DNA of 55,732 nt. Origin: an uncultured virus (IMG/VR IMGVR_UViG_3300028277_000001). Lineage: Duplodnaviria > Heunggongvirae > Uroviricota > Caudoviricetes. Below, piece by piece: positions 9,400-19,926 of this stretch. The position numbers were made by a program, and so were the translations under genes. The stretch covers positions 62,001-117,732 of IMG/VR virus record IMGVR_UViG_3300028277_000001. One strand, 5' to 3'. The notes under the pieces are model-generated. The model ran no database searches. It saw only the letters and a program-made list of their open reading frames with translations, and was not told the origin of the DNA. Numbering within the stretch: the first letter of the stretch is position 1; every line of letters starts with the position of its first letter.

Positions 9400-10622
9400 T
9401 TAGTATTTCTTGCTTTATCTAGATCATTAAGATAATTTATCAATATATCGCCATTATCTGACCAACCATCTTTTTCAAACATATAATTTATATAAAAAGG
9501 CAAAACTTCTTTTGCTTTTTCGGTAAACATATATGAATCAATATTTTTTTTGATTTCATTTTTTAGTTCAATGGGCAAATTTTGTGCCGACAGGTGATAC
9601 GGTTCTGTGACATGGTTTTCAAATAAAAATCTTATGTTTGGAAAATTTTCACGCAAAAAATCATATGTATCAATAAGATAAAACATACTCACATTACTAC
9701 ACGTCCATTGAAATGATACATCAAAATTCGAAGGAAATTCTTTTAGATTATTACACCATTCATCCCACTTCAAACCATATCTAAAATACTCTCCAGCCCG
9801 TTCAACACAATCAACCGAAAGCCTAAGTCTCACTTTTTTAAAATTCTCCATATTTTCAAATTTTAAAGAACCATTACTCACATATGATATTTCCACATTC
9901 TTAGCATATGAACTTCCATTCAACCGCTTAATAAATTCATTATGTCGTTTATTCCAAAAACTTTCGCCGCCTAGAAAATTATATCTTTTTATTTGACTTA
10001 TATCTAAATTATCCCAAAACGCACTATCTTGCGATATCCAAGCATTAGTATCATACCCAGTTCTATGAATATAATTATATTTTTCTATTAGTGTTCTATC
10101 TTCGAGCCATCTCGAACTAACGGCAGGATTACAATGAATGCATTTAAAATTACAAATTGTACCTGTACGAACATCTATATGAAAAGGATGAACGTTTACA
10201 TCACCATCATCCATTGTATGTGAGATTAAATGTTCATATTTATCAAACCACATGTGATTTTCATCCATGCGTTTACTCACGCCGTTCAATTCTTCAACGT
10301 GCTTACATCTATTACAGTTTTCAGGCCATTCATTATTTAAAAATGATTTGCGTATTTCTTTAAAATATAAACCATTCCATTGATCTTCTATACTACTGTT
10401 ATCTAATTTGTTAACCCATTTCAGATATTCTTCGCCGAACTCCTTATTCAATGAATTAAAACTCCCCTCAGGAGGATTTTCAGATAGAGTGGGAATCCAA
10501 TCAATATCTCGTTTACGAAACATTTGTTTCCATTGTTTTTCGATATCACTATAACCACACACTCTAGGTCTACCTGAAAGATTAGTTCCGAAATTAATCC
10601 AGGGTAAAATACAGGGCGTCAT
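9348..10622 (-). CDS. Radical SAM protein with N-terminal twitch/SPASM (type B)
   Basis: CILPW..RVC..CNRC; CNFKCIHC; LGGE. Confidence 0.9.
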   Translation of the reverse strand: MTPCILPWINFGTNLSGRPRVCGYSDIEKQWKQMFRKRDIDWIPTLSENPPEGSFNSLNKEFGEEYLKWVNKLDNSSIEDQWNGLYFKEIRKSFLNNEWPENCNRCKHVEELNGVSKRMDENHMWFDKYEHLISHTMDDGDVNVHPFHIDVRTGTICNFKCIHCNPAVSSRWLEDRTLIEKYNYIHRTGYDTNAWISQDSAFWDNLDISQIKRYNFLGGESFWNKRHNEFIKRLNGSSYAKNVEISYVSNGSLKFENMENFKKVRLRLSVDCVERAGEYFRYGLKWDEWCNNLKEFPSNFDVSFQWTCSNVSMFYLIDTYDFLRENFPNIRFLFENHVTEPYHLSAQNLPIELKNEIKKNIDSYMFTEKAKEVLPFYINYMFEKDGWSDNGDILINYLNDLDKARNTNWKESLCGLETRLSGLI

Positions 10623-11455
10623 AATGACCTCAATAACGGTCTAATCCCTACAGGCTTATCATCATCCAATGCCAAATGAATTGTTTTTGTGGGTTTTAAA
10701 TTAAAATCTTCACAAATTTTAAAATAGTTTTTTTCATATTTTCTCCAGAAATATTCTGGACCAAATTCCTCCATAAAACGAATTCCTAGATACATTAAAG
10801 GATGTTGATTCATATTAAAATTATTCATCAGTGTAATAGATCCTTCGGGTTCTTCACGAGCAAATCTTACACCAATTCTATTACCCCCAATACCAGCTTT
10901 ACTCAAACTGACCGCAAATGTTTTAATCGCAGGATGATCGAAATTAAATTCAATATCACGAATACACCCAATCCAAGCAGAATCAACATGCACCGATATG
11001 TTTAATTCATGACATTTATCTAAAATTTCATACATATTTGGATGCATATCACCATAATAAGGAAACGGCATAGCAATTAACAATTCTTTATTTGAATTTA
11101 ATGTATCTATTGTAGCATATTTTATATTATTATTCAACCTCCAATGGTATTTGTAATCTTTTTCAAAAGTTTGTATGTCTCCACATCTTTGATATAAATC
11201 ATCAATAAAATGAGTACATCCTTGTATTACATGTTTCACAGGAAAAGCATTAATACCGCTAAACGTACTAAATTTATGATGTTTTAACCAATCAACAAGG
11301 GTATCTATAAAATAATCATCTAAACTCCCTTGTTGTGTTGGGCTATCTCTAAAAACACCAGCATAAAATTCGTTTATACTTTCATCAAACATTGGTTGCT
11401 GACGTTCATATTGCAACCATTCTCTTTTATATTCTCTATTTGGATTATCTCTCAT
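10619..11455 (-). CDS. PLP-dependent transferase-fold protein (aminotransferase-like)
   Basis: VHVDSAW (PLP Asp), SLSK (Schiff-base Lys), RIGVR; paralog of 34037..34912. Confidence 0.65.
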   Translation of the reverse strand: MRDNPNREYKREWLQYERQQPMFDESINEFYAGVFRDSPTQQGSLDDYFIDTLVDWLKHHKFSTFSGINAFPVKHVIQGCTHFIDDLYQRCGDIQTFEKDYKYHWRLNNNIKYATIDTLNSNKELLIAMPFPYYGDMHPNMYEILDKCHELNISVHVDSAWIGCIRDIEFNFDHPAIKTFAVSLSKAGIGGNRIGVRFAREEPEGSITLMNNFNMNQHPLMYLGIRFMEEFGPEYFWRKYEKNYFKICEDFNLKPTKTIHLALDDDKPVGIRPLLRSL

Positions 11456-12487
11456 TTAAAAAAATAAATCTATATATTCTTCCATTTTTTCAGGAGGATT
11501 GTTAGTTAAAATTTTTTGTTTTATGATTTTAAAATTCTTTTCAGAATACGAATTTGAAGATAAAAATTTACTCAATGATCCTTTAAGAAATTCATCAAAC
11601 TCTCTATTGTGTTTTAAAATAAAAGATTTAATATGATTAGGTAAATATGAAATATTTAACCAAGCAGGCTCATTTAAAAAATCCCATGACCAATTACGCA
11701 TTTCTACTTTTGACCAATTGTATGTTTCTTGATAAAAAGGAGCATTCAAGGTATGCATAACAAAATGAGGTATTATAAAAACTTTAGGCCTTTTATCTAA
11801 ATGCCAATTATACCACTTATTCCAATTTTTTTCAAACTTGCTCCATTTGGTACCATATCTAACAAATTCTGCTATTTCTCCTATTCCATCAATGCTTATG
11901 TTGAGGTCTACGTGTTTAAAATCTAAAAGAAGATTTAAAAGTTCAGTATTGGGGAAAATAGAATTATTTGTAACCAACATCAAATTTATATTTTTTCTTG
12001 GGACATTTTTTAATAATTCAAAATTTCTTTTTTCTAAAAAGGGCTCGCCCCCAAGTAATTTTAAATGAATCAAATCATTAAAATTAGTAAACTCTGGTAA
12101 ATTATTTTTTAAAATTGGACCAAATTGATTCGAAAATCTAGGACCACAATCAATACATTTAAAATTACACTTATTGGATAATGAAACTTCTAACGTTTTA
12201 AATACTGGATTTTTGATATATTTTTTATCAAATTGAGCATTAAATTGATCTCTATATGATCTCCAAGATTTTCCTCCATGAGCTTCGTCTATATCACACT
12301 TTTCACACTCGGGCAGTTTTTCTCCACTTAACATCCTTTTTCGTATTTTTTGATTTTCTTCACTGTCAAAGGCGTCTTTAATATCATTATATTTTTTGTC
12401 AAATGGCTTATCAAACATACAACATGTTCTATATTGACCATCGGGATTATGAACCATATGCACGAATGGGGCCATGCAAAATGTCAT
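11456..12487 (-). CDS. Radical SAM protein with N-terminal twitch/SPASM (type B)
   Basis: CMAPF..RTCC..CEKC; CNFKCIDC; GGEP; SIDG. Confidence 0.9.
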   Translation of the reverse strand: MTFCMAPFVHMVHNPDGQYRTCCMFDKPFDKKYNDIKDAFDSEENQKIRKRMLSGEKLPECEKCDIDEAHGGKSWRSYRDQFNAQFDKKYIKNPVFKTLEVSLSNKCNFKCIDCGPRFSNQFGPILKNNLPEFTNFNDLIHLKLLGGEPFLEKRNFELLKNVPRKNINLMLVTNNSIFPNTELLNLLLDFKHVDLNISIDGIGEIAEFVRYGTKWSKFEKNWNKWYNWHLDKRPKVFIIPHFVMHTLNAPFYQETYNWSKVEMRNWSWDFLNEPAWLNISYLPNHIKSFILKHNREFDEFLKGSLSKFLSSNSYSEKNFKIIKQKILTNNPPEKMEEYIDLFF

Positions 12488-13449
12488 TTTATAACCTTTC
12501 TTTTAGCAAAATCCCCACATGACAAATAACATCTAGCCAAATGTAAAGGATGACTTTTATTCCAGGAATCAATTAAAATTTTATCATACCATTCTGATTG
12601 GATTATATCATAAAATTTCGATGTCCTTAAGTCATTTTTCAATCCAATAGTAGTTAATATATCAGTTTTTCCTGAAACCTGCTCATCATGTAAATGACAA
12701 CACGGCCACACTCTTCCTTCTGAAGTTATGAACAATTCATTTTCTATTTGATGTCTACATACAATATTCGCCGCATCATATACTCCCTGCCTTGCTCGGT
12801 TTTCTACTGTCTCATATACGTCACTATCAATCTTTAATGATTCGCTCGATTTAAATTTTGCGGAATTGGCAGTATTTCTCCAACTAACTCTTATTTTTAA
12901 TTCTACACCTAACTCTTCTGCTTTCTTTTTTGCTAATGGAATTTCATCTGCATTATAATCAAAATGAATATACTGCCATATTGCTTTACCACCAGCATCA
13001 TAATACGTGTGAAAATTTTCCCAAACTTTATCTATTGAAACATTTTCCCTATAATCATTTTTGGTAACACCATCTATTGACCAATGCACAAATAATTTTT
13101 TATTACTCAATTTCGATAATGTTGCTAACTCGGTCCAAAATTTTTTAGATCTAGTTCCCCCATTTGTCGATATTTCAATACTTTTAACTTTTTTTTCTAA
13201 AATAAGATATGAACAAATATCAATACAATCAGGATTTATGATAGGATCACCTAACACACCGCATAATTTTATTCTTGCATTTTTTAAATTTACACCATCA
13301 AACCAATCACATAACTCAGCTATCGTTATATTACCCTTATGATAATATGCACCTCTATTATCCAGCATCGTTCTTTGACACCCAGAACAAAGAGCATTAC
13401 ATAGAGAACTAATCTCCAATTCTAATCTAAACGGTTTCTGTAGGTCCAT
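12484..13449 (-). CDS. Radical SAM protein with C-terminal twitch/SPASM (type A)
   Basis: CNALCSGC; CGVLGDP; TNGG; PCCH..CYLSC. Confidence 0.9.
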   Translation of the reverse strand: MDLQKPFRLELEISSLCNALCSGCQRTMLDNRGAYYHKGNITIAELCDWFDGVNLKNARIKLCGVLGDPIINPDCIDICSYLILEKKVKSIEISTNGGTRSKKFWTELATLSKLSNKKLFVHWSIDGVTKNDYRENVSIDKVWENFHTYYDAGGKAIWQYIHFDYNADEIPLAKKKAEELGVELKIRVSWRNTANSAKFKSSESLKIDSDVYETVENRARQGVYDAANIVCRHQIENELFITSEGRVWPCCHLHDEQVSGKTDILTTIGLKNDLRTSKFYDIIQSEWYDKILIDSWNKSHPLHLARCYLSCGDFAKRKVIK

Positions 13450-14587
13450 CTAATTCCATAAAAATTCTTTTAGTTGTTATGTCAGTAATCCAATCACTCG
13501 TTTTTTGAGAAACATTTTCATAAGTTAATTCATCTATTGTGTGTTTATTAAATAAATCATCAATAGATGTTTTAGATTTTGTTACACACATCCCACAGCC
13601 ACAAAAAGTTTTCGGGCAAGTAATCATTGGAACTTTCTTTTGGTATAAACTATCAGCAAGATCATCTATAATTTTATCAAATTGAGAAATTTTACCAAGA
13701 GGAGCTACTTCTCCCAGTAAATTAACTCCACACGTTTGATGAGTATAAACAACATCAGCCTCCGAATTTAAAAAAAGAAAATACCAATTAACCATGCACT
13801 TCCAGCCTAAAAAATTAGTGGACGGAAGAAAAAAAGAATCTGCATCGTTTGCTTTGAAACTCCTTCCACCACAACAGGGTCTTCCAAGTCCCCGTTGGGT
13901 GTTTCCTGTTTCAGTGACGCTTTGGCCTTTATATTTCCAATAATCACGAAACCATTTCATTTGATTTCTATCGTACTTATGAGTATACCCCAATTCAATA
14001 GATTTTTTATCATCAGGATGATCGTCTCCTATAATTCTTGGTACAAAATCTACACTATTTTTTTCTAATGTTTCACACACATCTACACATTCCCAAAAAT
14101 AATCTTTATGAAACATCACATTAACTTTATACGTCTGTCTTAATTGTATTGCATTTGATACGACTTGTTCTTTTTGCTGTTTTGTTGCTTCACAATGATA
14201 AGACAACGACCCCCCGGTAGTCAATGATAAAATTTTATCTAGAACAGTATTACTAAACCACCCATTAGTGGTTAATCCTCTACTAAAATCGGGATATTCA
14301 TTTTTTACATATTTTAAAAATTTAAAAAAATCAGAATGCACTGTGGGCTCGCCTCCAGTAAAACTCAATTTTTTAAGAGCGGGCTTCTTTCTAAACCGGT
14401 CATACAATAATGCATATTCTGCAACATTATCAACAGTTTTGCATAATTTATCATAATCTAAAAGCGGAGACCATTTATTATTTCGATGCGGGGGGCAATA
14501 TGTACACGCATAAGAACATCTTCTACCTAAATCCCAAATAATTTGATACCGATTTGATTTATCCTCTATAGTTTCTATACTATTCAT
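13427..14587 (-). CDS. Radical SAM protein with C-terminal Cys-rich domain (type C)
   Basis: WDLGRRCSYACTYC; TGGEPT; PCCGG; CPKTFCGCGMC. Confidence 0.9.
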   Translation of the reverse strand: MNSIETIEDKSNRYQIIWDLGRRCSYACTYCPPHRNNKWSPLLDYDKLCKTVDNVAEYALLYDRFRKKPALKKLSFTGGEPTVHSDFFKFLKYVKNEYPDFSRGLTTNGWFSNTVLDKILSLTTGGSLSYHCEATKQQKEQVVSNAIQLRQTYKVNVMFHKDYFWECVDVCETLEKNSVDFVPRIIGDDHPDDKKSIELGYTHKYDRNQMKWFRDYWKYKGQSVTETGNTQRGLGRPCCGGRSFKANDADSFFLPSTNFLGWKCMVNWYFLFLNSEADVVYTHQTCGVNLLGEVAPLGKISQFDKIIDDLADSLYQKKVPMITCPKTFCGCGMCVTKSKTSIDDLFNKHTIDELTYENVSQKTSDWITDITTKRIFMELDGPTETV

Positions 14588-16013
14588 ACCACTGCAACCA
14601 TTCTAAATCAGGAAAAATTTTTATAAAATTTAAGTTTCTTTTGCTGGCAATCGTAAAACACCATTCAGCAGTTTCGGGCAATCTCTCAGACCAATCTTCA
14701 GAATTCATAAAAGACACAAGTCCTTCAAGTCTTTTTATACCATACGGCAATTCTCTCCATTGTTTAAAGTCAATATTTTCATCTTTAACTCCATTACATT
14801 TTTTCCAATTTTCTTCAAGCCACGGATAAAATTCTTCAAATTTATCAGATATTTCTTGTTTAAACCATTTAGGTAATACTTTACAATTTAATTGGGGGGG
14901 CCAATACGCAAGATGTAAATCAATCATACCCGCTCCAGCAGGAAATTTATTAAGCAATTTCCAATCTTCGTTCAATTTCCAAATTATAAATTCCGGAAGA
15001 TAAAAAATATTAAGAGCAGTAATTGTAGTTGCTGTAGTCAGTCTAAGATTACCATGAGGATAATTGTCTAATACACGCATTTGAGATGTAATATCATTCC
15101 AACGAGAAGGATAACGAATAAAATGATTTTTATCCTCGTATGAATCAACGCTAAAATGAAAAATTACATTCTTAAACTCTTTCCACAAATCAAACAAACA
15201 CGATTCCCATTCCAGACCATTCGAATTATATCTAAGTTCAATATCTTTTGCATACCCCATATCAACAATTTTTTCAAGCACCATATAATGCTCTTTCATG
15301 ATTAATGCTTCACCACCCGCCCAATATAACTGTTTAAGTGTTGGAACTTGAGTATAGAATTCTGTCCAAAAAGTTGGATTCGATTTATGCCAAGCATATG
15401 ATCCCCCAGACCAAGCCAGCTTACCGGATTCTTTTTCCCATAATTGCGAAGTTTTTAATCTAGGATTTTTTATATTTGGATATATTTCTTTATATTCCTT
15501 TACCCATTTAGAAGAATCATGAGGACTACACATAACACAGGCAAGTTGACATTTGCTACCAAGCCGAAGATCAATATATCGCACTTTAGGAGGAACAGTT
15601 CCTTCTTCTGTGGTTTCACCAATAATTTCTTCAAGCCCGATTTCATTAACCCATTTCGCAGTTTCCCATTGTCGTTTCGACCTATGACCAGCATCTTCTT
15701 CTTTAAAACATTTTAAGCAAGAGGATGGACGTTCTCCTCTAAGCATCATTTTTCGCACGGTCTTCATGTATTCATTGTTCCATGCATCTAACAAGCTCGT
15801 TGTTGCTAAATTAGCAGGCTTCCCATCATCTCTTTTAAGAACACCCGCTTCCGAAACTGTTTTATTTGTTGAATCTTTATCCTGAACCGAAGAAGCATTT
15901 GCAGTACAGCATACACGCATATGACCGTTTGGTCTAGTGGAAATATGCATCCAGGGCAATGCACAAAAAGTTTTTGATGGCAAATTTTTAGGATCGTTAT
16001 CAATCACAAACAT
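14580..16013 (-). CDS. Twitch-domain radical SAM protein (type B)
   Basis: FCALPW..RVCC..CLKC; CQLACVMC; AGGE. Confidence 0.92.
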   Translation of the reverse strand: MFVIDNDPKNLPSKTFCALPWMHISTRPNGHMRVCCTANASSVQDKDSTNKTVSEAGVLKRDDGKPANLATTSLLDAWNNEYMKTVRKMMLRGERPSSCLKCFKEEDAGHRSKRQWETAKWVNEIGLEEIIGETTEEGTVPPKVRYIDLRLGSKCQLACVMCSPHDSSKWVKEYKEIYPNIKNPRLKTSQLWEKESGKLAWSGGSYAWHKSNPTFWTEFYTQVPTLKQLYWAGGEALIMKEHYMVLEKIVDMGYAKDIELRYNSNGLEWESCLFDLWKEFKNVIFHFSVDSYEDKNHFIRYPSRWNDITSQMRVLDNYPHGNLRLTTATTITALNIFYLPEFIIWKLNEDWKLLNKFPAGAGMIDLHLAYWPPQLNCKVLPKWFKQEISDKFEEFYPWLEENWKKCNGVKDENIDFKQWRELPYGIKRLEGLVSFMNSEDWSERLPETAEWCFTIASKRNLNFIKIFPDLEWLQWYE

Positions 16014-16027
16014 GTTATAATTAAATA

Positions 16028-16645
16028 TTAAATATAGTTAACCGATATATTTTTATTAAAAGAAGGAATCATATCATGAGTAATATGATGTTGACGGCGA
16101 TTTAATGTTTCATCTTTAATTCCGACACCCATAAGCACTATTGGCTCATCATCGGTTTTTAGAATACTTTTGATTTTTTCACCATCAAAACAAGCACAAC
16201 AGCCCGTTTGATACCCCAATAAAGATGCAGTCAAATTAACCATACCAGCGGCAACACCTATAGACTGATGCAAATCTTTATCTAATGTGGCTTGATTTGC
16301 TTCTGTATCTTTCCCATGCATTTTATTATAAGTTTCTTGATTGGCATCGGTTCTTAAGTCATTTTTTGTAAATGCTAAAAGCAAATTTGCTAATACTTGA
16401 GGATTAGTTCTTCCCGAACCCTCGCCATAATCATTTTCAAAAAAAGTAACATCATGTATATCTTCAATTATTTCTCTATTTTGAATCACATGAACATTAT
16501 AAAAACATATGTTTTGTTTAGAAGGACATTCCGTTGCGGCAATTACTATTGTTTTTAAATCAGCCTCTGGAATAGTTTTCTCAAGATTCCAATTTCTTTG
16601 ACATCTTTGCGATTTTTTAATCGAAACTTCTATTTGGTTATTCAT
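16028..16645 (-). CDS. Nitroreductase-family flavoprotein
   Basis: SQRCQRNW, CPSKQN, IGVAAG..LGYQTGCCAC; paralog of 30794..31477. Confidence 0.85.
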   Translation of the reverse strand: MNNQIEVSIKKSQRCQRNWNLEKTIPEADLKTIVIAATECPSKQNICFYNVHVIQNREIIEDIHDVTFFENDYGEGSGRTNPQVLANLLLAFTKNDLRTDANQETYNKMHGKDTEANQATLDKDLHQSIGVAAGMVNLTASLLGYQTGCCACFDGEKIKSILKTDDEPIVLMGVGIKDETLNRRQHHITHDMIPSFNKNISVNYI

Positions 16646-17351
16646 ACTTTAAAATCTCCTGAAAAAGTAAATTCGTGGATGCCGGAATTTTTTTTCCGGT
16701 AAGATTATTTACACCTTCAACTATTTTTTTAGTATAATCGGGGCTCCACTCTTTACTATATATGTATTCTTTAAAATTTTCTATTTTTATTGTTTTTTTA
16801 ACTTCGGGGTGCAACGTTGCAATATCAAGAAACCCTTGCTGAAATATTATTTCATGGGGATTCAAATCTAACATATTTATATTATTAATGTCAAACACAT
16901 TAAGTATAGAAATATTAGTTTTCCATGACACTTTATGAGATTTCCATTTTTCCAAATTATCATAATAAACTTTCCAATCAAATCCGACCCATGCCACAAA
17001 TTCAGCAACATCTTTTACGCCATTACAGGCAACAGAAATATCCCATTCTGGCTTTAAATAATTTGGATATTTGCAACCATTAGTATGAATTAATACCTTT
17101 GTATGGGGTTTTATATTAGAAAGAAACTCTTCTGTTCGCTTGTCTTGAAAAGGATCTCCTCCTGACAATTCTAAATATTCCAACGAATCAAAATCTATTT
17201 CATAATCCTTCAACATCTCTCTATAACCCAAAAACCTATTACTATATTCGGGTCCACAAATACGACATTTTAAATTACAAATATTACTAAGGCGGACTTT
17301 TAAAAATCGCTTATCAATTGGCGTATTTTTCCAGCTATATTCCTCAATCAT
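16638..17351 (-). CDS. Short radical SAM protein (type B core lacking the N-terminal twitch domain)
   Basis: LSNICNLKCRIC; SGGDP; HTNG. Confidence 0.8.
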   Translation of the reverse strand: MIEEYSWKNTPIDKRFLKVRLSNICNLKCRICGPEYSNRFLGYREMLKDYEIDFDSLEYLELSGGDPFQDKRTEEFLSNIKPHTKVLIHTNGCKYPNYLKPEWDISVACNGVKDVAEFVAWVGFDWKVYYDNLEKWKSHKVSWKTNISILNVFDINNINMLDLNPHEIIFQQGFLDIATLHPEVKKTIKIENFKEYIYSKEWSPDYTKKIVEGVNNLTGKKIPASTNLLFQEILKYE

Positions 17352-18144
17352 AAATAAATTCTTGTGGAGGGTTATCTAAAAAACCAAAAGCCCACATTCT
17401 TTCTTCACACCACCAACATTTACCACAATGAAACGTATAATTTCCTGATTCATAATCAGACCCCTCACAGCTTCTAGTGATCGGGAAAAGACTATATGTC
17501 AAATTATACTTATCATATAATTTTTTTATATCTTTTTTATTAATTTTAAAAAATGGATTTATATAATGAGCAAACCCACTCCATGATTCCAATGGCCTAT
17601 CAGCAGATTCGTCTCTAACGTGTTCTTTATTTCTAGAAATTGTTTTGTCGTTTTTTGGGGGATTGCTTGTTATACCACTATATAATATATCAATATCTCC
17701 AGAACCAAAATTATCCATATCTCTCTCTTTAAATTCTTTTATTTCTCTCTGATATGGATCATTTATATCGGGATAATATACAATATGATCATTCATTTTA
17801 AAATCCAATGCTTCTTCAATAAAATCTATAACATATCCAGCATATATCGGATTCCAACCCCTACCTCTCCTCACGGATAATGGTTGAAATTTTATATCAA
17901 GATTTTCATCTTTTATTTTTTTACATAACATATATGCAAGAATTGAGCTGTCTGCACCCCCGGACATCCATTGTCCTATAGTTTTTGTAGTTTTTATGTC
18001 AAATTTTTCTTTGACATGATCTATTAAATGATTATTATTCTCTATCTCGTCAACATCATCAAAATATCCTATTTCAGTTAATTTTTTCATAACCGAAGAA
18101 GTATAACGCTTAACCGTTTTAGGTATTGATAGTTCAATGTTCAT
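17344..18144 (-). CDS. QueC-like PP-loop ATP pyrophosphatase
   Basis: MSGGADSS PP-loop; TRSC...CGKCWWCEER zinc motif. Confidence 0.8.
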   Translation of the reverse strand: MNIELSIPKTVKRYTSSVMKKLTEIGYFDDVDEIENNNHLIDHVKEKFDIKTTKTIGQWMSGGADSSILAYMLCKKIKDENLDIKFQPLSVRRGRGWNPIYAGYVIDFIEEALDFKMNDHIVYYPDINDPYQREIKEFKERDMDNFGSGDIDILYSGITSNPPKNDKTISRNKEHVRDESADRPLESWSGFAHYINPFFKINKKDIKKLYDKYNLTYSLFPITRSCEGSDYESGNYTFHCGKCWWCEERMWAFGFLDNPPQEFIYD

Positions 18145-19183
18145 TTATTATGTTCCAAATTTCAGGATTTACATCTTTGAAGTTTATTCCTTGATGCTTA
18201 TCACATGTTAATAAAAAATCTTTTATTTTTTTATATTCTAAATCAACTGCAACATTGCTATAAATTATATTATTAAAATCATTATTTTCAGTTAATTCTG
18301 TTATTCCCCAGTTTTTTCTATGCTCTAACGAGACTTGTTCAAGTCGTAAAAAATTTGGATTAAATAAAGGATTCATTCTACTTCGACCTCCATGATATTC
18401 ATCTCCCCCCGCAAAATCATAAACTTCATTCATTTTATTCACGTTTAGAACTGATATTGTAGAATATATATGCACACAATTCCAATAAGAAATGTGTTTC
18501 TTAATATTTGCTTCAACATCATTCCAATTTGTACCAAATCGAATACATTCTGCTAGTGGACCAACAGCATCGATACTCACATCAACATGTACATCTGAAA
18601 ATTTATCTAATTCCGTTAAAATCTTTTTATCAGGAAAAATACTTCCATTAGTATTAAATAAAATTTTTAACTTTTTTGGCAATTTACGTAAAAACCCCAA
18701 TAGTCGTTTTGAAAAAAATGGCTCTCCACCCACAATTCTAACTTCTTTTAATTCGCTTAAATCACTATAATTTAAAAATTTTTCTTGAGCAGGTCCAAAT
18801 GTTTTTCTATTTTTATCTTTATAGTAATGGTCTTTATCAAATCTAGACCAATCTTCATCCACAAAATCCCATTTAGAAGACAGTGCTGGTCTACAAATTC
18901 TACACATAAAATTACAAGTAAAATCAAGGGATATTTGCATTCCGTTTTTTATAGCGGTTTGTCTCATAGATTCATGTCCCTTTTTTTCATTAACTTCACA
19001 TATCGAACATTCTGGAATCCATCCTTTTTTAAGTCGTTCTCTCGCATCAACCCATTCACTTTCGACATCACCAGTATAAATATTTGATTTCCATCCATGT
19101 GAAGCATCAAAAAGACAGCATGGTGTTACTCTACCATCCGGCGAACATATATCGATGTGTCCATCTAATCTATTACATTTCAT
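18134..19183 (-). CDS. Radical SAM protein with N-terminal twitch/SPASM (type B)
   Basis: C..TPCC..CSIC; CNFMCRIC; GGEP; NTNG. Confidence 0.9.
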   Translation of the reverse strand: MKCNRLDGHIDICSPDGRVTPCCLFDASHGWKSNIYTGDVESEWVDARERLKKGWIPECSICEVNEKKGHESMRQTAIKNGMQISLDFTCNFMCRICRPALSSKWDFVDEDWSRFDKDHYYKDKNRKTFGPAQEKFLNYSDLSELKEVRIVGGEPFFSKRLLGFLRKLPKKLKILFNTNGSIFPDKKILTELDKFSDVHVDVSIDAVGPLAECIRFGTNWNDVEANIKKHISYWNCVHIYSTISVLNVNKMNEVYDFAGGDEYHGGRSRMNPLFNPNFLRLEQVSLEHRKNWGITELTENNDFNNIIYSNVAVDLEYKKIKDFLLTCDKHQGINFKDVNPEIWNIINEH

Positions 19184-19926
19184 AAAAAATTTGATTTGAA
19201 TTGTGATGGGTTTGGAACTATTTTATTAATAAAAAAATTCATTATTTGATCGGCTAATATTACATGATTTTCAAAAGATAAATGATTATTTCTTGTATCG
19301 TTTTCAAAAAAAATTACATCATTATTTTCGACTTTTCTTTTTTCACAATAAGAAATTAAATTTAAGCACCTAGAAACTATATGCACATTATTCGGAACTT
19401 CTAATGTATAATTATAATTTCGAAAAGGATAACCATTACCCGACGACGGCCATATTAGAATTTTTTTATATTTTTTATGTTTTGTAAAAATAAAACTTAC
19501 AAACAACACCTCTAAAATTCTATGCAATCCCGTTGAATAAAAAGACTCATAATCTTTAAAAATTTTATTTGATTGATCTGCTATTTCATCATCTATCATT
19601 TCAGGTAAATCAAAACTTTTTTTATTCATCACACTATAAATCATACTAGCATCTGACATCTTTTCTTCAGATAAATATTCTAACCATAATCGATTCATAT
19701 CAGGTAAACAGATCAACAAAAAATCGCTGAATTTTGTAAATCCCATAAATTTTTCTAAACACCATTGGGCACCAACACCATGTAACGAGGTGTTCTTTAC
19801 TTCAAAATTATATTTTTTTTCTAAAAGTTCCATCCACGAATCTGAAACATCAACTTTTGATTTCGGGCACGAAAAACTATCACCTAAAATATCAATTGAA
19901 TTCCCAATTGTCTTCATCGATTTCAT
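19180..19926 (-). CDS. SGNH/GDSL hydrolase-like protein
   Basis: ILGDSF; HGVG; RNNHLSFENH. Confidence 0.65.
   Translation of the reverse strand: MKSMKTIGNSIDILGDSFSCPKSKVDVSDSWMELLEKKYNFEVKNTSLHGVGAQWCLEKFMGFTKFSDFLLICLPDMNRLWLEYLSEEKMSDASMIYSVMNKKSFDLPEMIDDEIADQSNKIFKDYESFYSTGLHRILEVLFVSFIFTKHKKYKKILIWPSSGNGYPFRNYNYTLEVPNNVHIVSRCLNLISYCEKRKVENNDVIFFENDTRNNHLSFENHVILADQIMNFFINKIVPNPSQFKSNFL

Noticed and set aside
3198..18144. Recurrent C-terminal YE/YD as a shared targeting signal in unrelated proteins
   Set aside because: Mostly explained by TATGA overlap with the next gene's ATG; retained only as a family trait of the SGNH paralogs
17344..18144. Complete 7-deazaguanine DNA modification or queuosine pathway
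   Set aside because: Only a QueC-like gene is present; none of the radical SAM proteins is recognisably QueE, and folE/queD/dpdA are absent from the window
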